Source: Selaginella moellendorffii (Eukaryota > Plantae > Lycopodiophyta). From it: a stretch of 64,000 bases of DNA. Positions 25,637-38,499 of this stretch are shown here, piece by piece; the stretch's first letter is position 1, and every line of letters begins with the position of its first letter. The DNA lies in assembly GCF_000143415.4 (NCBI RefSeq), contig NW_003314270.1:915035-979034 (forward strand), given 5' to 3'. The position numbers were made by a program, and so were the translations under genes. The notes below the pieces were generated by a model. That model was given only the letters and a program-made list of their open reading frames with translations. It did not search any database and had not been told where the DNA came from.

Positions 25637-28600
25637 TTAGCCTTTGATCGCCTCGGCGCTCAAGCTCGCGTTGATCTCCTCGTCCGTCGGCTTCGCCGGT
25701 GGTCCCATGCAAGATCTCGCGACCGATTCAAACAGCCTGTCGATCTCCGGAGCGCATCGCACGAATGCGTGGTTCCAAAAGTTGTAGCGGGGATTCTGCG
25801 CGAGATAAAGGGAGCGTGGTGAGAGATATTTCCAACGAAAAGGAGAAAGAAGAAAGGAGGGACAAAGATCTCCCCCATACCTTGATTAGCTCGATGAAAG
25901 TGATGAGCAGACCCCACGGATGAGGACGGTTGACGATGAGCCTTTCCAGCAAAACTCTCGTGATTTGCTCTTGGATGATCTCCTGCTTTGAAGCAAAGCG
26001 CAAGGATTGAGCTAGAGCCTACATAAAAGAGCACAAAAGGAAAGCTTACCTGGCTGGCTTCGGCGAACAAGTAGAGCAACACGCACGAGAAGTAATGCGT
26101 ATGGTTGTTTGGATAGCGGAGCTGGTTGGCGATGGCGTTGAGGAACAAGTAGCGGCCCTCGGTATCAAGCTCTACAATCAGCTTCTGGAATATGTCCATG
26201 GGAGCGCTGTGCGTGATAGGCGCGGTCGGGACACCGATTTGAGGGGCGGTCTTAGCCTGTAGCTGTTGGATTGCCTGCAAAAAGAATGGCGTAATGCCTC
26301 GTCACGGCAGTAAGTAGCATTCGCATACCTGCATTCCCACATAGAGCACCAGCGAGTTTATCAGAGGGACGTTGTACCGCGTTCCACTCAATCCGGATTC
26401 GTGCTGTGACAATAGCAGCCGCTGCTTCAAATCGACAAGAAACAAGGGTGGTGACAGGCGCGTCTGCAAATGAAGAGCACGTTATATTGTGCACTCTGAC
26501 GAAACAAGCTCACACACCTTCAAATACTCGTCAACGTCACCCTTGAGTTGCTTGCTTTTCAAGGCAGCTTCCACATCAGACAGTATGCGAGGAGGATGGC
26601 TTATTTCCGGCAACAAATCGACCTGCGCAAATACCATTGTCACAAAGACGTCAACAACAATGCACGGAATACCTTCAAGTTTGGAGTAAATGGATCTGGC
26701 AGTCGCATATTTCGTGGGAATGCGCTCAGTATGAGATTACGCATTTGAATACAGCTCGGGGGAATGACGTCGCAGAAGCTGAAATGATAATCGCAGAGGA
26801 ACTCTGGGAAGTCGTGGAGGAGCACAAGCAACACGCGTAAAGTGCCTTTGTACAGCAGCCTGATCTGTAAAAGTTTAAACCGACAAATGAGTCTGGGTGC
26901 TAGACATCGTGGTCCAAGCTTACCGGGTCACTGAGTTCCGCACTTCTCAAGTAGGGGTCCATAAATCTGAAAAGCGATACAAGGAGGCGTTGAAAATTCG
27001 GCCAGCCTTTCGGTTGCTGAACTAAAAGTTGCTTCGGCATAAAGGTACGATGACTAATCAACTCCAACCACACAAAGCTGCAAGAGAGACAGCAAATTAA
27101 ACAAACCACAGAGGTATTATATACCACACCTCCATCCCGGCGTGTTCAGGGGTTGCAACATCGTGAGGGCATTGGTGAAGGAAAGAAGAATCTGTTCCAA
27201 TCCATGAAATCAATTGAAGTGGACCAAAAGCACGTACCTGATAAACGCTAGAATCCAATGATGGGTCTGGCGCATTAAAATCCATGAGCCATGTTAGAAA
27301 CAAGCGGAAGTAAGGACGCGGCTGAAACGAAGTTTTCTTCTCGTCAGCGTCCTTTTGAATCACGCGCACAGTCACGTTCAAAACCTGATACAAATACCAA
27401 GCATAAGGAACAGCAGCTGGGACAAAACATCAATCACGAACTCTGTTAAGAAGGCCGACTTTATTTGCTGTTGATTCCGCCGCATAAAACTGCATGAGCC
27501 AATATTGTTTGAGATAGTCCATGGTTAAGATTCTTCAACTCTACCTTCACAAGGAGCACAACAAGTTTGGCGTACAAATCAACGGCCGCAAAATTTAAAG
27601 TGCCAATAGGAGAGGATTCCACAGAAAGCGAATGCGCCACAGCTAGCTCCTGCGCACATTAAAGTCAAAAGACGGAAAATAGAAAAGGCTGTGCAACATA
27701 CAGTAAGAATTCTGAAAAATTGATCCGTCACATCATCGCCTTTGAGGAAACCAGATTGCGTAAGTTGAGATATAAAATTTGCATATGTTTTATCATTAGC
27801 GCCTGGGGTATTGCACACCCGAGCCCATTCATCGAACAGGAGGGCAATCTACACAAAAAGACAAGCATCAATCAAGTAGGAAGAAGAGGAAAGACGAAGT
27901 CACCTGATCACGAAGTCCAACCGGATCAGTGTCGCGAGGAATAGGTTTAACATCATCTTTCACAGGCCGACTTACAGGTCCGGGTGGTTCCGTCGGTAAA
28001 GTTGGTCCAGGCAAAATGTTGGGGACGTGGAGCTGCGTACCAATAAGAGAACAGAGAAAAGCATGAGTAACAAATGTGTCTGACCATTTTCGTACCTTTA
28101 GAAGCTCTGCGCCACTTCCATCTGGAAGTAAAGCAGAAGTTCCATCACTTGACAATACTTCTTGATGTCGGGCTCCTCCGTCAGGAAAACTGCATAGACT
28201 AATGAGCCTTTAAACACCGGTAGCGTGTCAAAAGGTACCTTGTTGGCGACTGGGTGCGAACATCCACTTCGTCAGCATTGACATCCGACGCTTGCGTAAT
28301 AGCGGTAGAAGTATGAGAAGGAAATACGTTCGGATAATTTGGGCGAGTGCTTGCAGCTGAGGCTTGTGTTTGCCATGGCAGACGAGCGAAATCCTGAGCA
28401 CACATCAAAAGCAATTACATTGACATGGAGAAAAGAAAAACACAATACCTCAAAAACACGTTGTTGAGCGGGTGACAATCTACCAGCTTTGGGTCGAAGA
28501 GACTCAGGTAACCTTGAAAGATTCCCTTGAGTGTATGCTTGATGAACAACATCCCTTTGTGTTCTTCTAGCTATCAAAATAGGTGCCATGGAATCCTCAA

Positions 28601-31600
28601 GATCTCGCAAAGCCTTTACCACATATCAGACGCTTGATCATTGCAAAAATGTTTTAACTCCTACCTTCTCTGTTGCGGCTTTTTCAATAACTGCACAGCC
28701 TAAATCAAGATTGTCGTTCGTCACGACGTGCACAGTCTGCTCTAATACGTCAGAGCTAATACTCGGCTGGAGAGCGTTGCGAATATGACTTGCCATTGCA
28801 ACACGAAGAGGTTCCTATAGTAAAAATTTAGATAACAGGTGTAATGAGTTACGTTTTACCTTGCACGTCACATGAGCCAAACTTCCCGCCAAACTCGCAA
28901 CCATTAGATTTGACGAATGAAGCGTTCTATTGTCGTCCGCTTCAAGGGCATAATCCTGCAACGGACGGTCTTATATAAGCGCATCGCGTAAAATGGATGT
29001 ACCTTCTGTATTAGCTCCCTCGTCGTCATGCAAGCGATGGTAACACTACGATCAACCACAGGCGCAATAATCTCCCTAATAGCCCGTTCCATTGCCAAGG
29101 GAATAATTCTGAATTTAAACGCGTAAGACATCATAAAAACGGAAACAATGATTTACCTGTGCATTTGCTGTTGGTGTTGCTGACTTATTCCTGCTAGTCT
29201 ATTATTAAGAACCACGTACACATTAAGATTTGAAAGAGTTGAAGCCTGAACCAAACTCCCCGTTATGCATACTAGTCATTAAACTTGGAAGACGAACCTG
29301 TCCTGAAGAAAACGGAGATGGGGCAGTGGAATGCGCTTTAACACGTTCTCCAACGAAAGGCAGGACCTTTTCCTCATCTTGGGATGCATTTGGAGATACA
29401 TGAACAGGTAGCTGAGTACAACCAAACGAATTATTTGAGTTAGCTTTATCAGGAGCACATACCTGAGTAGCCGTCGCATGGGGAACTGGATGTGCCGGCA
29501 GCTCCGGGAGAAACTCCACCTGATTGAGGTTAGATATTATGCTATGCTCCGTGGTAGCTGGTGGATGGGTAGCAGCAATAAGTTCTTTATTGGAGAAGTC
29601 GGGATTTCCTTCAACTTCACGCATTCTGCCTTTTACTAGTTGTGTTTGCTTTACGTCCTTCATTTCGACACCAAGATGCTTGAAAAGAACCTGAAACAAC
29701 ATAGGAAAAGATTTACAATTTAAAATGTACTTACGACTGACCTCAATGTCAAATTTCAGGTTCATCTTTAAGTTCGGAAGCGCATAAATTTCGGATAGAA
29801 GGCCCAGAATACCCATTGTCCAGGGATTAGGAGGTTGATACACTTGACTTGTTTGGCATGGTTCCAAAATCTGCAAAAATATAAACTCTGAATCATATAT
29901 GGGAGAGACGGCCAGCTGTTACCTTGGAAGTAAATGGTATAACAGCAATCATCAGCCCCCTCTCATATGCCTGTTTTATAAAAATGTAAGAGAGCAAGAA
30001 AACAAAATATTTTCACCTCCGTAATCAGTGTTTTCGGGTCAATTTCTTTGGCCTTCAGAACTTTATTCCGCCCAATTGTAAGTTTTCCCAGCCAGCTGCC
30101 CAAATTCTTTAAAAGCGAGCGCTCTTCCGAACTTGACTTGATCAGTTCCGATCCCAAAAGCACCTGCATAAACTAACGCTACAGATAGCACAATCAATGA
30201 AGTACCATACCTTGCAATTCTGGTACGTGGCATTGACAATTTCCTGATCCAAAGCTCTTGAATTCATTTTATCGAGGACCTTCAGGTAAATATCATGAAA
30301 GTTTGGTTCAATGCTCGCCCTTCAAAATCAAATTATACCGCATATACAAATGGCAATGTCAACAAATACCTCTTCATAACCATATATTGAGCGAACCAGG
30401 GGTAGTATTTGTCTTTCAAAACTTCTAAGCACTCCTTTGCTTTCGCTTCATAATTCGCTACAGATATATTGTTGATAATAAAGGCAACCTTGTCCTCCGT
30501 CTCAAGGCTGGGATTCTGCGAATTCGCACCAGAGCATAGAGTAAACAACATAGAAAATCGGTCTTACTTCAATTGGATCTCTCCTTTCGGCAGCTGCGAC
30601 CAGTGTCTCAATGTTCAACGCATGTCCAAATCCAGGAGTAGTTACATGTCGGCCTGTGACTGGAGTTTAAAACCCAAGATTCCAGAAGAGAAAAAGCAAA
30701 AATCACACCTGGAACTGACATAGTTCTCGCTGGTTTCGAGAAGTGCGAACTAGATTGTTGAGCATTCATAGCCTGTTTTGAAACGGACGTCAGGGTGCAA
30801 AACGCTTACAAAAATACCACCTTTTGTTGCCCCTTCAGTATTTCATACAGTTGAGCGGTAGAGGAAACGGATTGTGAAAGAGGTTTGTTCGCCACCAGCG
30901 TACCACCTGCACTACGCTCCTCCTGCTGCTGCGGATTCAGGTTCTGCGCAGCGTCCTTAGAAAAACACGTCAGACTACAAGACGTGTTCCGCGTACATAC
31001 CAGCTCAGGCTGCACTTGAGCGTTCTGTTGATCACTAGAAGGATTTGCTAGGACGTCAGTTTGCGTGGACGATGCGCGTGCCAGCGACCGCTCAATATAA
31101 TCAACAAGATCCATATGGCCGTCTCTCATGTGAGATATCTGCAAGATATGATTGCAGTACTGTGGCCATTCTTCAAGCCGGCTTCTGAATTGCTCCAGTG
31201 CAGTCATGCCAAATGAAAACATCTGCAGGAAACGGAATAGGTGAAGGAAAAGTATGCAGCTTTTCTATCTCACCTTCGAGTCAGGAGTTTTGCGCAAGGA
31301 GTCTAAAACGCAACGTAAGGCGACGCCTAAGGTGATCGATGACACCAGCTGATGACTTATAAGTTTACCTACGAAAAGATGTGTTAGCTATAGTCATATG
31401 AAAAAACTTTCTGATACCAAATAGCACAGCAGTAATTTTGAGTTCTCGCTCCGGGTATCTTGGAAAGAAGCGATATTCATCAAACAGACTATGAATCATA
31501 CATGAAAATACTTCGTGCTCCCTGCATAGTTGGAAAAAAAGCAAATAAAGTCATTCGCTAATAAGACAACTTGGAAGCGAACCTTGGTACTGAAGATCCA

Positions 31601-33549
31601 TTGAGCCTTTCTAACATCTCCACAACGTTTTCGATGGTAAGCTGGCCTTTGTATATCTTCTGAAAGTAAACGTTTGCCTCCTCTTCAACATCACTTGAAA
31701 ATGCTTCAGACGACGACTGCTCAGTACCCGCACCGCTAAGAAGACGTGGATTTGCACGAATTGCAGCCGCGTGCACACGTCTCATTTCTTCGACAAGTTC
31801 TCTCGAAGATAACTGGGCTGAAAATGCTTGGAGTACCTAAAGAAGCTTTCAGAAAACTTGTAAGGAACACATAAAAAGACAAAACCTTGAAAAAGATTGC
31901 CGTTGTTTCCATAGAAAGTCCAATCGGTCCACTCCGGGGAGTTCCCGACTGTCCATTAAAACTTTCCACTAACAATCTCTCCCTCAGAAAGCTCAAACAG
32001 GCCTGCATATACAGTTGAGCTTCGTTTTACCGGAAACAATGCATTTACCTGAAACAAGGGTTCCTGATATACTACTAGATTGTCGTGCAACCACTTCTCA
32101 AGGTTCAGGAACTCTCTTCTTCCTGCTAACGCTGCGAGATCAATAGAGAACTGAAAAGGTGTACCATCGAGCACTTCCGAAAGAACCTGAAAAATGTATA
32201 GTCAATGCCAAAGTCATATACAAATCAGCTGTACAATACCTTTAACTCCTGACAAACGTCTAGGATACGACCAATTGCGCTTGGCTCTTTGGAGTGGATC
32301 TCGACCATGGCTTTTTTCATTAGCTCCCTACTTAAAAGCCATAGTTGATGCATTACGAGACTTGCATGCTGATTTATGCCAAGATACGCAGAAAACAACG
32401 GCGTAAAATATTCGTTTTGAACAAGGTTCCAGTCCGTCTGTGGAACGACAAAGCAAATTGTCGAGATGCTCAATGTAGAATAGTGCTGTACCTTCAGCTG
32501 GGCTAATCCGGTGAGAAGCAGCTCCGGACAGTGCTTCGCAGGGTATTCTAGCAGAGATCGAACGGCCTCCCCGTGGCCTAACTCTGCTAGCCGGCACAGC
32601 GTTTCAAGTAAATCCATGGATAGCCAAGCATGGTTTGGACTACCAAACGCAAACCTATGGTAACCTTCCAGCAGCATCTTCAAGAAAAATAAGAAAAGAA
32701 ATAAGAAGTTCAATAAAAACAGGATATAAAAAAGCATTACCTGTTTTCTGTGAGAGCTTGCGAACGTAAAAATTTCAGGTGGCGCAACGGCTGCATGCCG
32801 TAAAAATGAGAGTTGTCCTTCTGTATTTTTCCAAATCCTCCCGCAAACAGCTTGTATAGGGAACGTATCCTGAAGACAATACAACTAAGGTCATCGCTTC
32901 GGAAAAGTAAAACAAGCCAACCTGAGAGTTCCTTGTAAAGAATGACATAAGAACCGACAGAGCCTGTTGGTCGGGAACGAAAAACCCTTCATGATCGAGA
33001 TTCTCTATCACTAGCCGCCAGTCCAGGGCAGGAGCCTGTAGGAAGATATCCACAAATTAACGGGAAACGGAGTAACAGCAATGATCTTACCAGCTCTTTC
33101 AAAGTATCGATCAGAACATCCTGATTCCATGTACTCAACCACGGAGAATCACCTACGTAGGAGGGGCTGTCGCAGAGCACCGAGAAGACAGTGGCATAAG
33201 CTCCATGGACGTCCTCGACTCCGAGATGAGTTCGCGACACCAGCCCAATTATCTGCGCTACATCCTTCTCGTTTAGAGGAAGGAAGAACGACAGTAGCCT
33301 TTTGCAGTGAGTGGCATCCACGGAGCATGCATGGCCGAGCTCCTCCAATACGAGCCCAGCTTGCAAAGAGCCCTCTAGCTGCAAGAGCGCCTCCGAAGTA
33401 TCGGGGTCGCTGGTAGCAACAGCGTCAAATCTCCTGGAAAGCCCAAGTTCTTCGTTAGAGAGTGAAGATATTTTGCTAGAACATTACCTCAGGCAATCTC
33501 TGAGCTCTTGCCCTGGAGCATGATCACCGGCAGTAGCTTGCGATGCCAT
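25637..33549 (-). CDS. NOT1: CCR4-NOT transcription complex subunit 1, many exons
   Basis: [38 protein letters not shown]1-binding region [23 protein letters not shown] and [25 protein letters not shown], and C-terminal [30 protein letters not shown] and [17 protein letters not shown]. Stop at 25637-25639. The start ATG at 33549 is inferred. Confidence 0.96.
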
Positions 33550-33889
33550 TGCCGTCGGCCGCTACAACATCGTGGTCGCGCCTTGGAATTTCACGCGGCG
33601 CGCGCGCGAGCGAGCGAGATTCTCGTCGCGACGAAGAGCAATGCGAGGAGCTACGCAAGCGCCGGATGGATGGACTAAAACCCTAAGCCTCTTCCAGTGG
33701 GAGGAGGTTTTAGAACCTGGATGGATGGGCTGTGCTCGCCTCCGCCAGAGGAGAATCACGATCGAAGGGATGATCGAAGAAGACTACCCGCGACGCTGCT
33801 CGCGACGCGATACCTCCGCGCCTTGTCGCTCGAGGCAAAGCTCCAATTGATAGATTAGGGTAAAATCGAGCTTACCTAGGGCAGGGGCA
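33550..33889. promoter_or_regulatory. Short divergent (bidirectional) promoter between NOT1 and TAF9 with telo-box motifs
   Basis: 340 nt between the divergent ATGs. AAACCCTAA near 33678 and TTAGGGT near 33855. Confidence 0.6.
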
Positions 33890-34744
33890 ATGGCGGAGGA
33901 AGGAGGAGGAGGAGGTGATGTCGATGGCGAAGACATTCCTCGCGATGCGCGAGTTGTGCGATCGATAATGCGATCGATGGGTGTGGCCGAGTATGAGCCC
34001 CGGGTCGTGAATCAGTTCCTGGATATGTGGTATCGATATGTGGCCGAGGTCTTGGGGGACGCGCAGGCCTACTCGGAGCACGCTGGGAAACCGGCGATCG
34101 ATTGCGAGGATGTGAAGCTCGCCGTGCAATCCCGCGTCAATCACTCGTTCTCTCAGCCACCGCCGAGAGAGGTAAGCAAATTCTCTTTCCTGGTCTGTGG
34201 TTCGTCTTTGTTCTTTGTTCTGTTGTTCTTCCTTAAGTTTGGGTTCTTCCGAAACATGTTCCATCTTGGTAAGCTTGAAATATTCTTTTCTGGTTTGTGG
34301 TTTGTGGAAGAAATCGTCAAGCTAGATCTATGATCTTTGTTTGTGGTTCTAGAACTGAATTTCTAGAGTAGTTTTTGGAGTCTGGAAACTAGTCTTGACT
34401 TTGTCATCCTCTACATTTCTTTGTTCTTTGCTTTGTTGTTCTTCCTCATCTTCCCAAACTAACGCTTGTGTATGTGTTCCATCTTTTAGACACTCTTGGA
34501 GCTAGCAAAAGTGCGCAACAGCATACCATTGCCAAAGGTGATCGGAGGCCCGGGCTTGGCGTTGCCTCCAGATCAAGATACACTCACGGCAGTGAACTAC
34601 CAGCTGATTGTACCCACTAGAACACTGCTCAATACCGAGGACATGGACTACGAACAGGACGAAGACAAGACGGATATGGAGCCTGCTGCCGATCTCCATC
34701 TTCCAAAGCCGGACAGAAAAGTCTCCTTTGCGATCAGGAGATAG
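33890..34744 (+). CDS. TAF9: TFIID subunit 9 (histone fold), 2 exons
   Basis: Exons 33890-34171 and 34490-34744: [53 protein letters not shown]|[28 protein letters not shown]. Confidence 0.96.
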
Positions 34745-34849
34745 ACTAGATGCTCGCCTCTTCGGAGTTTTTCGGTGAGTTTGCCTTTCAGGCTCTGCTT
34801 AGAACTATCTTCTAACTCCAGTTGCTCATTTAGCTCAGCGCGGCTCACT

Positions 34850-35840
34850 TTATTCCGGCAAGACCATTCCTTGTACTGTCAATTGATGGTACTCTATGGC
34901 CTCGTGAAGAAACTGGTTCTCCCGTTTGTATGTAGCGTTTTCTTGTACAAGCCGAGCTTTTTCGGCCAGGAGGGTCTCCAGCTGCCTTCTCACCTGTAAC
35001 GAGAAAAATATTCAAGGTTCGAGTTTCTCAGAATTTCTTTTGCCTACCAGATCATCTTCCTCGGGTGCATTTCCTTTGCTCATACTGCCGCGCATTTTTC
35101 TGTTCTCTTCTTCTAGTTGTGACGTCCGGTTTCTCATGAAGCAAAGCTCCGCTCTCACGGTCTTGAGCTCGCGGAGTAGAAGTTTGGCTTTGGCGGCCAT
35201 AGACATCGCGAGCTGTTTGATCAGACGTTAGCGTCAGCCGGAGACTACACAACCGAAAGCTGCTTACATCGCTGGAAGGCTTGAGCTGAAACTTTGGACT
35301 CTCCTCTGTTCCAGTTGATGAAGATGACGGAGACTTTTGCGAGGAGCTGTAAGTAATGCAGTCAGAATTTTGATCTGATGACTCACTTCTCTGTGGTGAT
35401 CTCTGCGGTGATGCAGCATAACAGTTTCGATCCGATTCGATCAGAGTGAATGACTCCTGTTGTTCCAACGAAACGAAGTTCTTCACGTGAGGAACTCAAA
35501 ACCTCGATGGTAAACTTACCGCAAGCGCGCTGCCAATGGTGTCACTCAAGAGCGACAGTGAAGAGGTAACAGATTGTAAGCCTTCCTGCAGCTTGGAGAT
35601 TTGGCAGCTGACTTGGTTCTTCACAGACAAAAGATTTCAGCAAGGAAAACATGGATCGAGAACGAAAGCAAGGAAGCAACGTACATTTTCCGGGGCCGTT
35701 ACATTCTGGAACTTCTTTCGATTGGAGGGCGTGAGCATCCTGGAGCGAATCGAGAATACCTCCTCGTTCTGGGCATTCCACTCCTTGAAAGGACTTCTAG
35801 AGCTAAAGGTACTTCCATTTTCAATCGCAGCAGCAGCCAT
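34850..35840 (-). CDS. Conserved plant coiled-coil protein of unknown function, multi-exon
   Basis: C-terminal block [32 protein letters not shown]|[35 protein letters not shown] matches a recalled land-plant family. Stop at 34850-34852. Confidence 0.82.
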
Positions 35841-36163
35841 CGCTCGAAAGCTTTCCTTTTCTCCGATCTTTTTCTCGTTCGTTTGATACAGATCTAAGCT
35901 CTCGAATCGAAAGAACCGAAGGAGAGGATTAGAAAATCTTCCTGGAAGATCTCTAACCGCGAAGCAATGAGAGCTAAAATGCTAATGAGAGGAGAGCGCA
36001 CTTCTTTTCCAACGGGCAGTGTATTGGAGACTTGATGAATAGCGTTGGTCCGCAACACATGGAAGGATACCACGTGGCGGGTCTGGACTCGTCCAGCTAG
36101 ATTGGCTTTAACGGCAGTGTTCTCTTGGTGGCGGAGAATATTCGACCTTTTTCAACGGTCGCG

Positions 36164-37405
36164 ATGGTTGGTAAGGAGATCAAGAAAGAAGAGTGCAGCC
36201 ACGGTATCGCCAGTGACGTGACGGTACTCATCCTGTCACGGCTACCGTTGCGCGACGTCGCGCGGTGCAGTGCGGTATCCCGTGCGTGGCGGGAGCTTAC
36301 CGCCGTGCCGTTCATTCGTCGAGCGTCGGCGTCGCGTGAAACAGCCTGGCTCGTGCTGCACAACCGTGGGCAGGAGAGGCCCAGCGGTGCGAAAGAGCAC
36401 CTGGCGGCGTACAGCGCGGCATGCCGTCAGTGGTTCTCTCTGGGCTCTGTCTCGGGCTTTCTTGGAAAGAAATGCCAGTCGCGGTGGACCGGTCCCTGTC
36501 TTGCCGCCAGCGCACACGGGCTGCTGTGCTGCGTCTTCAGCGCGTCGCTCACAATGCCCCCCATGCTGGCGGTATTCGACCCCCTGACGCCCGCGTCACT
36601 CCGCGGTACCGCGCGGCGCATTTTGTCGGTCGATGAAGGGTTTTCTTCCATTGAGGCTCTCGCGATGTGGAAGAAGAGCGATGGTGGCTATGGGATCGTC
36701 TTGGCAGGACCGATTTCTCTGTGGGGATCCAACTGGGGTGTTTGCCTGTTCGACCTAGCAGATGCCAAACTATCCAAGGCGAGAAGATCAGTGGCGAGCG
36801 TGGATGCGATCACTGGGCGAGGATTTTTGAGCTTGCTGTGCTCGGCGCTACGCGGGGATGGGAGTGGTCTCTTTTGCATCTGGGGGGTGAGCTCCACGCC
36901 TCAAATCCTCGCTCAATTCGACATCCAGGACAATCTTTGGCGGATCGTCCACGGTTTCTTCCCGGATTCCATCTCCTGGCAGAACGCCGCGATCACGGCT
37001 TCCAACCAGCGCCGATTCACGGCCCAGGTTCATCCAAATCTCCTAGTTTTTAGAGAAAGATTGCTACTTCTCGTCTTGCGCGAGTCGACCGCGATCTTTG
37101 GACTGCAAATCTGGGAGCTGGATCCGAGCTCCCGGGGCTGGATCGAGCTGCGATCCATGCCCGAGGAGCTGGGAATGGAGATTTGCAGAGCAATTCATAA
37201 GAGTAGCTCCGCTTACGATTGCTGGCTCCACATTCGCGCTGTGGGCAGCGAGGATCTTGTCTATCTCGTGATGGATTGGGGGTGGAAATCTAGGGTTCTT
37301 GTCCACGAGCTGGGCAGTGGAGCTTGGCGATGGCTTCCAACCGACGGCTTTAGCTGTAGAATCGATGGCTGTGTTTTTCCATTCCAGCCAAACCCTAGTT
37401 TTTAA
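36164..37405 (+). CDS. F-box protein with a beta-propeller/kelch-like C-terminal region, intronless
   Basis: F-box IASDVTVLILSRLPLRDVARCSAVSRAWREL, then ASAHGLLC, IWELD...W.EL.SMP and a terminal FQP. First in-frame ATG at 36164. Confidence 0.9.
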   Translation: MVGKEIKKEECSHGIASDVTVLILSRLPLRDVARCSAVSRAWRELTAVPFIRRASASRETAWLVLHNRGQERPSGAKEHLAAYSAACRQWFSLGSVSGFLGKKCQSRWTGPCLAASAHGLLCCVFSASLTMPPMLAVFDPLTPASLRGTARRILSVDEGFSSIEALAMWKKSDGGYGIVLAGPISLWGSNWGVCLFDLADAKLSKARRSVASVDAITGRGFLSLLCSALRGDGSGLFCIWGVSSTPQILAQFDIQDNLWRIVHGFFPDSISWQNAAITASNQRRFTAQVHPNLLVFRERLLLLVLRESTAIFGLQIWELDPSSRGWIELRSMPEELGMEICRAIHKSSSAYDCWLHIRAVGSEDLVYLVMDWGWKSRVLVHELGSGAWRWLPTDGFSCRIDGCVFPFQPNPSF

Positions 37406-37452
37406 AACTATATTTCCCGCGTAGTGAGAATTAGGGTTCTTGCTTCCAGGGT

Positions 37453-38459
37453 ATGCGCACGGTCTCCGAGCACCGGTTTGATGGCGAGGGCGGCGATTCT
37501 CTGGCGGTGTCGATTAGCGAAGTAAGAGATCGTGATCTTAGCTGGAGATTGGAATTTGGGTTTGATTTGTTCTCGAGGAATGTAGGTGATGAAAGAAGAT
37601 TATGGGCTTTATGTTTGGCCGTGTGGGATTTGCTTGGGAGAGTATGTTTGGCAGCAAAGGCATCGCTTTGCTGGGTCTACGGTGATCGAGGTTTGCGAGT
37701 TTCTTCTTCCTTTCTTCTTTGTTCTCAAACTTCGTTTTCTTGGTTTTAAATCGCGCCAAACAGCTTGGAGCAGGCACTGGATTGCCAGGAATTGTTGCAG
37801 CAAAGGTCGGTGCCAGAGTGATCTTGACAGATTACAAGCTCTATCCAGAGGTAAGAATCAGAAACTTGGAGGACTCAAAATCTTCTTCTTTTTTTTTTTT
37901 TCTTGTGAAAGGTCTTTGAAAACATGCGTAAGACTTGTGATCTAAACAATGTGGAGTGCGAGGTACTTTCTCCATGGTTTTGTTTGCTTTGGTTTTGATT
38001 TCGATTTCCATTTTAGTTTAGATTCAGGGGCTTACTTGGGGAGAATGGGACGAGAATTTACTCGCCATGAAACATCCTCGTTTTGTTCTTGGAGCTGATG
38101 TTCTATACGATTCCAAAGGTAAGAAGACAAATGTGTGATTTCCTCTCCTTAGCGGCTCACCTTTCACAGATTTCGACGATTTGTTCGCAACCGTGAGTTA
38201 TTTCCTAGCTAATAATCCCGACGCAACATTCATAACAAGCTACGAGTGTAGAAGGTATGTTCCAAAATTTTGAAGAGAAGAAATGTGTTTTTATCTTTCT
38301 TTATTTCTCTGCAGTGGCCACAGATCGATCGAGTTTTTTATGGGAAAATGGAAGCTTTGCTGCACAAAGCTTGTGGACGTGTGTGATATTTTACCTCCCT
38401 TGAAACAATGTGCAATATCATCGTCGATATTGATAGCTGAAATCAAGAGTTTAGTATAA
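37453..38459 (+). CDS. METTL23-like (Methyltransf_16) protein methyltransferase, 7 exons
   Basis: EDYGLYVWP, VIE|LGAGTGLPGIVAAKVGA.VILTD, GLTWG, VLGADVLYD and FDDLFATVSY. GT-AG introns. Stop at 38457-38459. Confidence 0.9.
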
Positions 38460-38499
38460 GGCCAGGTTTATAAGCAAATCCAGCTTCAAACATAACTTC

